Notes under the pieces: generated by a model
The model's input: the letters and a program-made list of their open reading frames with translations, nothing else
Told to the model about the DNA's origin: nothing
The model's database searches: none
Position numbers and translations under genes: made by a program
In this document: piece by piece, positions 52,879-62,579 of the stretch
How the letters are laid out: every line of letters starts with the position of its first letter
Numbering within the stretch: the stretch's first letter is position 1
Assembly: GCA_002104905.1 (NCBI GenBank)
Contig: MCFE01000419.1
Span: forward strand, 1-64,000
Length of the DNA: 64,000 nucleotides
From: Basidiobolus meristosporus CBS 931.73
Lineage: Eukaryota; Fungi; Basidiobolomycota
Direction: 5' to 3'

Positions 52879-54048
52879 ATGCATATGGAAAGCGCCGAAG
52901 GAAACAGTTCACCCAAAACTGGCAATACCCCTCCCACTAGCAAGAACCAAGATGATATCAAAAACAAAACCAGCCTGCAAGTGTTAAGAGATATGGTACA
53001 AGCGTTACATACAACAAGAGCCACCTATGAAGAGTCATTTGCCGGAGCAGGCATGCTAATACAAGACACAATCAGAGAGGGACAAGACAAGTTACCCATG
53101 CCGATACAAAGCATGGTGATACTACCCAAGAAGACCGTGTACCAACTAAGAGGAGGTTCCTTGATCATTAAGGAGAAGGATGCCGCGCTGATTCCCATAT
53201 CCATACTGGACACAGTCAGACAGAAGACACAAGGAATCAACTGTCGCGCCCTCACAAGACCTCAAGAGCCCCCCTGTTTTGTTGCATACTTGCCATTAAT
53301 AGGTACCATGGTTGTTGAGGTATACGCAGACCTGGTACAAGCTGCAAGAGCACCAGAAGTAGAACTCCCGATCGAAGGACTCCTCCAAGAAGTTTGCAAA
53401 CATCTTGAACCACATTTCCAAGAAGGAACCATCTTAGAGAAGATACGCAAACAGATTAAATACACCGGCCAGTTAACCCATGCAATCCACCAAGTTGCTG
53501 TGTTACAACTATTACAGTGGTTTACCATTGGACAACTCAGGAATCAGTACAAAGTCCAACTCCAAGAAGCCGAAGAAACCGCCGCGGATTCTGTAGAAAC
53601 CATGAGGCGAGTACAAAAGCGCCTCGATCGCGCCACAGTTTCTACGGAAGAACTACAATACGTCTTGGAAGAAGCAAAAACTCGTTATTGACAACGGGTG
53701 ACTGCCAACCGAGTGTACACCCTCTTCAAAAGGTCCCCCGCCGTCATATTGAACACAAAAAGGACAAGCCCCAATAATGTTTGCAAGATAAAGAAGCAAG
53801 ACTTTATCGCGCTATTGCACCTTTTCTCGTTCTCCAACCCTCCCGAGAAACTTGCCCAGAACCCTATGGTTTGCCAACTATTTGGCTCTGTGGAAAACAT
53901 CCCTCAAGCAACACAGGCCGCACCCCACTCTGCCGCCAAATGGTGTCAGGTACTCGCCCGCAATCCCCTCGTGAGTGACAACCAGCAATGGTACTACGGT
54001 GACTCCCCATGCTCCGTAAACAAAATCAATCCTGGAGAAGCAAGTTAG
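52879..54048 (+). CDS. Gypsy accessory ORF3 (~389 codons, one internal TGA), unknown function
   Basis: The 270-aa and 116-aa ORFs are in the same frame, separated only by TGA 53689-53691 and CAA CGG; they lie between integrase and the 3' LTR. Confidence 0.8.
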
Positions 54049-54092
54049 TCAAAGAACTTCAAGGACGAAGCTCCCACTTAACCCCCGGGATA

Positions 54093-54479
54093 TGTGAGTA
54101 CTCAATGTAGTACCCACTCTTTGCCCAAGAGTTCTCCCAAGAGTTCCCTCCAGATTCCTACCCGAAGTCCTCCAGTACCCTCCCTATGATTCCCCCACGC
54201 ATCCTCCCCTCCTATCCCTGCCCTTATCTCATTAGAGCACTTACCATAACAGGAAGGTGTTCACACCCCTATTTTATAACACATTGTCTATTGTCTAAGC
54301 CCCCCCAAGTGATATATATATCTACCCAATTGAACCAGGAAGAACAACAAGATTTGGACAAAATAAACAGAAGTCTTTATTACCTTGCTACCTTCTATTG
54401 GAAGCTATTCTGAACCAAGTGGTACTGACTTGACCTACAAGCTCTCCCACTCACCAAGTACAGTCAGTAATAACCCACA
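54093..54479 (+). repeat. Gypsy 3' LTR
   Basis: Direct repeat of 47707-48093; TG...CA ends. Confidence 0.97.
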
Positions 54480-55059
54480 AAAGGGGCCTCTTACAGTTGT
54501 CTCTAAAGTTGGCTTTACACTAACAGGGTTCCTGAAAGGGCTTCTTTAAAGTCAAGGGGCCTCTTAAAGGGGTCTTTAAAGAGGTCTTTGGACTAAAGGG
54601 TGAATAGAGGGGTGTCTGTGGACTTTTCTAACAGAAAATTGGTATTTTTCTTTTAGAACTTATATTGGATTCTTGGGAGCAATGAAGTTTCTTTACTGAT
54701 GTAGTACCATTCAAAGTCAGAATATTCAACAGTGCAAGTGATACAGGGGAAGCTTATAACCTTTAAGCTTGTGAATATGGTGTGGAGATTCTGGAAAGAG
54801 AGGCTCTCTTTTATTCTTCAGCTGGTGAAGTCATATATATGAAAATTCTGAAGGATCAGAGTCTTTAGCAATTGTGCAAGCAATTCATGTGCTCAAAGCT
54901 AAACTTTGCAGTGGTGGAGATTTGACATTGGCGCAGCTCATGTAAGAATTTCTCATGATATGTATGGCTGGCTGATTGTTACATATGATTGAAGTCACCA
55001 TGGTAATCCTAGCAACAGATGCCTAGTATATTTGGTTTTTGGCCTCTTTTGAAAGTATA

Positions 55060-56445
55060 TTAAAACTCTTCAACCACTTCTGCAAAATTCATATGATAAA
55101 GCAAGAGACTACTGTACTGTACTACCCACAGCAATATGGAGTAGCAGAACATGCAAACAGATCAAGCATTGATATGGCAAGATCTATGATTCATGATCCA
55201 ATATGATCCTAGGATTTTTGGGCAGAATTAGTGGCCACAGCTGTATACCATAAAAATAGGAGTTATAACTGAATATATTGCAGTTCTACTCTATTTGAGG
55301 CATGGTATCAATACAGACCAGGTGCAGAGCATCTCAGAATAGTTGGGTGCACAGCATATGCTAAGTAACTGACTGGATATCAGTCAAAATTTGAGCCAAA
55401 AAGTGTAAAATGCATATTTTTAGGCTACTGCTATGTAAATAAGGCATAGAGACCCTACAACACCAAAGCAAAAGCCAGTCAAGTCCTAGAATGTGTTGAT
55501 TGATGAAAATTTAAAATACTTACAAAAAATGACATCAGATGAAGACAAATATCCAATCTCAAGTCCACTAATAATCAGGATGGAATCAGAGCAAATGATG
55601 AGAATTTTTGCACTCCAGAGGACCCTACAATCATAGCTCAGTCCAAATCAGTGCCCAGAGATATCCCTGAAGCAACTATTCTAGTATCACAATCCAGGAG
55701 ATTGAACTGGACCAGAAATAGCCCAAATTACTATATTGATCAGTATACAAACTCAACCTATGCCTATTCAGTCTATGTTGATGAGCTCTAGAGTGTACAA
55801 GAGGCCTTAAATAGCCCATAGACAGAGTTTTGGAGATCTGCAATGACTGAGGAGGATCAGGCCCTTATAGAAAATCAATCTTTGAGCTAAATAAGTTACT
55901 GATCAGCAAAAAATTCATTAAGTGTAAATGGGTATTCAAGACAAAAGATAAAGCTGATAGTACAATTGAAGGATGCAAAACAAGACTTTTGGTCAAAGGA
56001 TATTCTCAAACAATAGGACTGACTATACCAAGATTTTTGCATGGGTAGCCAAGTTAAATACCATCAGATGAAATTTGGCTTTTGCAGCCAAAAATAGGCT
56101 TTTTATACATCAAATGGATGTGAAAGCTGCATTATGAGTGAAGAACTTGATAAAGACATATACATGTATCAGCTTGATTGACTTGCTGAACAAGATACAA
56201 CCCATTTGGTCTGCAAGCCTAAACAATATCTATTTGGACTCAGACAATCACCAAGAGACTGGAAATGCAAGGTAGACTCTTATTTGAAATCTCTGAGTGT
56301 CTATAAGAATACTGCTGACTATAGTATTTACTATAGGCCAGATAGAGCAGACGCAGCTCTATTAGCCCTATATATGGATGATCTTATTATAGCCTTCAAT
56401 AACCTATAAACATTGGAAGAAGCTAAATTCAGCCTATTTAAAGAC
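55060..56445 (+). mobile_element. Truncated Ty1/copia integrase-RT fragment, same family as the nest
   Basis: Nucleotide similarity to the 36.8-37.7 kb and 45-46.4 kb copia regions; LLALYMDDLII; no LTRs seen. Confidence 0.85.
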
Positions 56446-56699
56446 CCTATGAAAAATCATTGAGATGATGCTGTCAAAAGGCCATCACAAAGTTAAAATC
56501 TTGTGACTAAGAGGTAATAATTCCATCAGGACACTATTCAGAGACTGTTGAAAAATAATTGCACCCCAGATTTCACAAAAAACTTGGTCAAAATTTTTCA
56601 TCACTACAATTTATAAGTGGCTTTTGATTGGTTCTCTGTCAATGTGCACACTTTCTGATCTCAGACACTCTATTCCCTTCTACATTTGTGTGCATTGAT

Positions 56700-58660
56700 T
56701 GGCTATTGCCTCTTTTTCACACTCCTCACTTCCTGACTCAACTGTTCCTTTGACTTCTCATGATTTTATTTCCATTGAAACTTCAGTTGTACCTTGGTTG
56801 CCAGTTGTATTGACCTATACAAGTCCCTATACCCTACACTAACATCAAGCCCAACCCCACACTCAACAAGTAACTCCATTAAAATCCACCACTTACTAAG
56901 TATTTCTGCTCTGGTTCCACAACTGTGGTGGGAACTCAGCAGCTTTATGCCACTGTTAATTCACTGGTTTGCAAACATCCTGGTCTTCAGCCAGCACTGC
57001 AAGGTCTAGCACCACATCTGCCAGTCTTTGCAATAAGCCCTTGCAATATTCCAGTGCATTTTCTTGAGCACTGCTCTTGAAGAAGTGCTGCAACCTATTG
57101 GTGTGCATATTAATGTTCCAAAACTCCACCAAAGGCATTGTGATAGTTTTTTGAGCTCTTGACATTGTAGCCTTGTCTGTCAGTGGAATATCCACTCTGT
57201 CAACAATGGAGGCTGTGGTAGAAAAGTTGCATTTTTCAGCAAACTCATCTACCTTGCTGGAGTGAAGCTCAACTGGCTGCACTTCCAACTCTTGTGAAAT
57301 CAGCTATTCTCTTGTTGGTAATTCTTTCTAACTATGATGGGATTCAGTCTGTTCCTGGCTTGCGGTGTTGATTGGCAAGAACTGCAGTTTTTTTTGCAAG
57401 CCTCCCTGTCTCAGGCTTGGATAGACATTTTTGTCTTTACCTTATCATTTATCACTGCCAGGTCTTTCACTGCTACCATATCTGAGTGCTTCTTATAAAA
57501 GACCTACATTTCCTCCTGGATAAATTCTGCTCTGACGCATCTGTTTTAGCCTGCTTGTCCCTTGCAGGCAATCTTCTGGCAACCTGACAATGCTTTTCCA
57601 CTTGTTTTGATCCCTCCACCGTAGTTGTGATGGGCTCCTGTAAAAGCAGCTGGTTTTTATCACTGCCAGGCCCTTCACTGCTAGTATGACTGGGAGTTTG
57701 TTGAGTGGTCCTATGCTTTTCCTTGATAAATGTTGTGCTGGTGCATATGTGTCTGCCTGCTTGTCTCTAATTGGCACTCTTCCAGCTACCTGACATCTCT
57801 TTGACACTTTTCTCAAGCTTTTGACCTGGCTTCTGACCAGCTCTTCAGGAAGCTACTGGTTTTTGGCCATGACACCCTTGTACATCTACCTTTGACAGTT
57901 TCTGCTGTTCCTAAGATACTTTCTTAGCATACCAATACTGGCTCAGAATCCATTTACCTGTTTGAATCCAGGATAATGCTCATGGAACAAGTCAAGTGCA
58001 CTCCAGTTGCCCTTGAGTTCCTGGTGATCCCATGGTATGCCAGCCTTGAGGTGATGGCATGCTAGACTTCTGATGGCCTCTTATATATTAGCCCACTCTT
58101 CAATTTTGTACTCAACAGCTTCACAGATCATCAATGTCTTTGATTTTTAGGCTTGGGTATAAACACCACATTGTTTCCCTCCCATGCTGTGATAGGTTTT
58201 TCTATGGGCTTTATCTTTGGGCACTGTTGTTATGCTTCAAAGACTGTATGGTGTTCCTCTGCTGTTACATCATGAAACAGCTTAATTCTTGACTTTGACA
58301 TTGAGCTACTTGAGTTCTTTCTTTGCAGCAAAGATACTGCTTTCTCTACCTGGGATATTGATTGCTATACATGTATTATCCACTTATCCTGTTTTGGGAC
58401 TATTTCCTGATTTCTCTGGGCCATTGCATCTATCCTATCAGCCACTGCACCTAATTGCTTCATTAATGCATTGGTTTGAGCTGACAAAATACTTGCTAAT
58501 ATAGGTGGTGGTGATGTTATGTTGGCCACCTGCTGGTCTTCAACTGAAGGTACTGTGTTTGCAAACATTCTCATCTGCCTGAGTATAATGGTCAGCTTGT
58601 GGCTCTGCCAAGGTTCTCAGTTGCCTACTTGACTGAGAGCCTGAGGAGTCTGCATTATTA
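56700..58660 (-). pseudogene. CpG-depleted, degenerate TE-associated ORF (possibly the partner gene of the CACTA-like relic)
   Basis: Fragments such as AGIPWDHQELKGNWSALDLFHEHYPGFKQVNGF*ASIGMLRKYLRNS and QTNALMKQLGAVADRIDAMAQ; TE-like CpG loss. Family assignment is inference. Confidence 0.35.
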
Positions 58661-58667
58661 CCTTCAA

Positions 58668-58702
58668 TGGGCACATTAGACTTGTTCCATTGTACCGTGC
58701 CA
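58668..58702 (+). repeat. Left terminal inverted repeat
   Basis: TGGGCACATTAGACTTGTTCCATTGTACCGTGCCA versus rc(62160-62194) TGTGGACAGTAGACTTGTTCCGTTGGATAGTGCCA. Confidence 0.85.
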
Positions 58703-58789
58703 GGGCGCGCGGCGCGATCCGCGGTCGCAAAGAACGATCGGGCGCAATATTATAGCTACCAGAAGGCAGGATTGTTCTTGGACAATTTC

Positions 58790-58889
58790 GCACTATGCGG
58801 GACGATTTTGCACTATGCGGGACGATCTCGCACTATGCGGGACGATCTCGCACTATGCGGGACGATTTTGCACTATGCGGGACGATCTC
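58790..58889 (+). repeat. Subterminal tandem array, 5 x 20 bp GCACTATGCGGGACGAT(TTT/CTC)
   Basis: Read directly; head-to-tail units with no spacers. Confidence 0.95.
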
Positions 58890-59500
58890 GCACACTATGG
58901 CACAATCTGACACAATGAGGTTGGCGCGGATGATTGCGCCAACTTGTAATGCTTGCATCACGTGCGCGATTGGATACCGCTATAATGGCAGGTAAAATCC
59001 GGTATTTCGATATGTTTCTTTAATGTAAATGGAAATAAATGTGTATCACACTATAAACTACACTGATACTTACCATTTTGGTTACCCTCACTCCAATTGG
59101 ATGGTATCTCAGTGGTTAATTGGTCCAAAAGTATCCTGAAGCTGGCAGCCCCCAATTGGCTCATTGACTACTGAAAAAGCTAGCTGATTCACCATCAAAT
59201 ATCCCATTTTGCCCATTGAGCAAGTAAATCCCTGATCCTAGTGATTGGGCAAGGTGTCATAGCTAGCACGCAAGCAATCGTGTAGGTGCGAAACAGATCC
59301 AATAGCTGCACTGGTATTACAGATGACGTATATATATGCAGGGTGTTTATTTATAGGGGTTCTGTCTCAAATGTGAGACAACCTTGATATTACTTATATC
59401 AAAAATTTGATGATCACTGATTTGCGATGGCTCGATTCGGATTGCAAAAAAAAAGGGTTGTTGGGATCATTACAAATGTGAGCAATTCAAAGCGATCGCA

Positions 59501-60757
59501 TCATCTTCTCCTGGGTTTTTTTCTCACAGGGATTACTACTGAAGCATTTGGTAGTGACTCACTTTGCACACCTATACTACTTCCTGGCTGACTATCATCT
59601 TGGCTACTTGTGTATTTGTAGTCAGTATTTTGCCTCCTAGTTGATGAGTGCAATGCTGCAGCTTGGCCGCGCTGAATTGCTCCAACTGAACCAACTGAAC
59701 CAACTGAACCGGCCTGTAGTGCCATGTGCTGACGCGTTCTTTTACTTGCCAAGGGCTGCGGTGGTTGAGTCACTTCATGTTGGTCATCATCAGTCAGTTC
59801 ACCAGAAGTAACTCGCTGATGGTCAGGCAAAACGGCACGCGCAGGCGCGCCTTGACACGTTGAGATGGCCCTTGGCTGAGTTCGATGTGATGCCGCATGT
59901 TGACGCGACTCGGTCCGCTCCAATGGACTTGTGTCTAAATGAGCAGTTTGGCAAGTTCTGGTAGTTTTGCTCTGAAGCGCGCGCGTTGACCCAATGCGCG
60001 TTGACTTGACGCGGGGCGTTCTGGTAAAGGATGTTGGCGTGGTCTGGACTGACGTGCGCCGGCGCGCTGTGGTTGCAAGAGATGGTAGGGAATCCAGCAA
60101 GGCGTGCTGGCGCAATCTGGACGATGTTGCTTGCGGTCTGTATTCTTCCTCCTGAAGCTCACCATCTGATTCCTCAAGGTATTCACTTACCCTCTGTCTG
60201 ATACTTTGGAGCTGTTGCCTGGATGAGTCCTGTGTATATTGCTCTCGGAAGCCACTTAGCTCTACTAATATATCACGTAGTACATTAGTCATTTGAGGCA
60301 AAAACTCATTCAAAATCTCTTTGGTTCCCAAAGTTGAGGCACGAACGGACGCGTCCGGCCCGTACTGTGCAAATTGCGCGCGAAATTGTTCCCGAGCGGC
60401 TTCCTCGTCAAATCCCCTCACTCTCAGCTCATTCTTGATTTCAATACTTGTCTTGTTATATATCTTTTTACATACATCGGCTGGCATCTTGATGTAGAAC
60501 TCATGCCACAGCTTTCTACTCAAATTCTTCCATCTTTGTCAACTCTCTGAGGTATCTAGTTCTGATAGATTAATCAGTAGTGCCCAAATATCTGTATGAA
60601 GGCTCATCATAGACACTTGGGCCATACTAAAATCATTTGGCGAGAACTCAAACGGATCCGACATCAACTTTTCCGGTCCGGACCGCGCTAGTGAGCTGGG
60701 GGATGGGTTTTGTCTGGGTTGTACTAAAGATGAGTTGAGGCTTGGTATGGGGACCAT
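59501..60757 (-). CDS. Transposon partner ORF, Myb/SANT(trihelix)-like N-terminus plus low-complexity tail; one internal TGA
   Basis: ORFs 60757-60539 and 60523-59501 are in frame across TGA 60541-60539: IWALLINLSELDTSES*QRWKNLSRKLWHEFYIKMPADVCKKIY resembles a trihelix W..L..KL...CK..W/Y pattern; basic C-terminus RKKPRRR. Confidence 0.7.
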
Positions 60758-61116
60758 AGCAACGGATTTGGATACTTATACAGCAGTATATTGGCATCAA
60801 CCTGGTCTTATATGAAATATATATGAAAACTAAAGTGATTGTTGAATTTTCCATATATTATGCATGATGCATCTTGGATCGCGTTGACACGGATCAGATC
60901 ACATCAATTGCAGATTTCCTATTTGATTATAGACCTATGATTAAAGCATCAATAAAAGTACCAAGGCATTGTTTGCGGATGATTATTGGGACATAATGAT
61001 GGGATACATGGCAATTGATGGAGATTTAACCATAATGTGTTAAAAATCAGATAAATAACGCAGATTGCGCTGAATCGATTCAAACCGCCTCCATACAATC
61101 ATCCATCAATTTTAAT

Positions 61117-62001
61117 ATGACTTACTCATCTGAATGGTCTTTTCTCATCAATCCCATCACTACCACTGGATTTCCTTTTGACACACTGGAGGAGATCTAT
61201 TCCAAGTACTGTGGACCATCAACCCCAATCTACTCAAGGAGATCCCTTGTTAAGCTTCTCTGCTATTACAAGAACTATTGCCCTACAAGGTTTCATCCCA
61301 CCATCCATGGCAACAAAAGTCCTAGAAGCTCTCATTCCCAGCTGACAGCAATGGAGAACCACCTTGCAGAGGGTATGAATGACTTAGAGCAAGCTTGGAA
61401 TACTAGGTTCAGAAGCTCCAATAGACTTCCATATCCCAGAGTGTTCAGCAACAGGTTCCATATCAGGAGTATTTTGGATACCTTCCCAGTGAGGATTAAC
61501 AGACCTTCTAGAGGGCAGAGGCACTTTTATTCTGGCAAGTACAAGGCACACTGTGTGAAGTTTCAAGCACTGTCTGACATTGAGGGTAACATCATCTGGT
61601 TTAGTGGGCCATTTGCTGGAAGTAGGCATGACAAAGCACTCTGGGTAGAGAATCATCCTGAATTCAGTAGAGGGGAGAAATGTATGGCAGACTTGGCCTA
61701 TATAGGAGAGGATTGTCAGAGATTAGGATGTATTACAGCTTATAGGAAGCCAAGGAATGGTGTGCTTAGCAGGAAGCAGAAGCTCTACAATGAGATATTT
61801 AATCATTTCAGAGTAAGGGTAGAGCACACATTTGGATATCTGAAGAGATTCAGCATATTGGCAGGTAAATACAGAGGAAAGTCATATATAGGAGAAAACA
61901 GCAGAATAGGTAAAATAGTTAAGATACTTATCAATGCACAGTATGTTCATACAAGAAGACATCCACTGAGAGAAATGTGTCTGGAGCATTATGAAGAGTA
62001 A
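61117..62001 (+). CDS. Intact DDE transposase (DDE_Tnp_4 / IS5-ISL2-Harbinger type), 294 aa
   Basis: HTH-like LVKLLCYYKNY; ILDTFPVRINRP..FYSGKYKAHCVKFQ..GSRHD..MADLAYIG..YNEIFNHFRVRVEHTFGYLKRFSIL; no stops. Confidence 0.95.
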   Translation: MTYSSEWSFLINPITTTGFPFDTLEEIYSKYCGPSTPIYSRRSLVKLLCYYKNYCPTRFHPTIHGNKSPRSSHSQLTAMENHLAEGMNDLEQAWNTRFRSSNRLPYPRVFSNRFHIRSILDTFPVRINRPSRGQRHFYSGKYKAHCVKFQALSDIEGNIIWFSGPFAGSRHDKALWVENHPEFSRGEKCMADLAYIGEDCQRLGCITAYRKPRNGVLSRKQKLYNEIFNHFRVRVEHTFGYLKRFSILAGKYRGKSYIGENSRIGKIVKILINAQYVHTRRHPLREMCLEHYEE

Positions 62002-62159
62002 ATAAAGCAAGGAAAGCACTATTCTGAGCAACATAAGTAAGATTGAGTAAAATTACCAGTAACTGTATCATACCACTGGCATCATGGTAGAAATTATAGT
62101 GCCAGATAGTGCCGTAGAGTGCCAGATTGATCCGGCACTATAAACCAGCTGGCACTATG

Positions 62160-62194
62160 TGGCACTATCCAACGGAACAAGTCTACTGTCCACA
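62160..62194 (-). repeat. Right terminal inverted repeat
   Basis: See the left TIR alignment. Confidence 0.85.
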
Positions 62195-62579
62195 GGGCCT
62201 TTTTTGGATGTAGCCCTGCTTGTTGCTCTGAATGTCAAAGCAAGCTGTTGTCCAACCATTCTTCTGTTGCTGTCTGTAGTGGGGTTTAGTTGGGAACCAG
62301 ACAACTTGCTTTATTTTTTAGCAGCATATATATAGAAGTGAGTCAAACCAAAGGGTAAATAGTGTTACATATACATGTGAATGTGGTGCCACAACTTTAT
62401 TTATAATGCTTACTATGGCAGGTCACTGTTGAATCCTATATTCATGTAGGTGCAATGTCTCAAATACAAGACTGTCTTAGGTTCACATGAGTATTGACCA
62501 AAAAGTGACATAATATTGTTACACTGTGGAAGGTCAAACTGATTGCCCCATGGACAAGACTACTTTGACTCAACACCAT

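Larger units (their letters stand above)
47707..54479 (+). mobile_element. Full-length Ty3/gypsy LTR retrotransposon with an extra 3' ORF
   Basis: 387-bp LTRs at 47707-48093 and 54093-54479 (9 differences by eye); TSD AAAGG at 47702-47706 and 54480-54484; domain order gag-PR-RT-RH-IN. Confidence 0.97.
58669..62193. mobile_element. Two-ORF PHIS-superfamily DNA transposon (PIF/Harbinger-ISL2EU type)
   Basis: ~35-bp imperfect TIRs (28/35 by eye); DDE_Tnp_4-type transposase on plus, divergent Myb/SANT-like ORF on minus; subterminal GCACTAT motifs at both ends; no clear TSD. Confidence 0.88.

Noticed and set aside
48597-53691. UGA recoding (Trp/Sec/readthrough), suggested by six in-frame TGAs
   Set aside because: Host genes here end in TGA (tyrosinase, syntaxin B, VMA16, TOG gene) and use TGG for Trp; CGA-to-TGA deamination explains the pattern.
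52879-54048. Retroviral-type env gene
   Set aside because: No signal peptide, furin site or transmembrane segment is evident; kept as an unknown ORF3.
58790-58889. CRISPR-like array
   Set aside because: The units are head-to-tail with no unique spacers, there are no cas genes, and the array sits in a eukaryotic transposon subterminal region.
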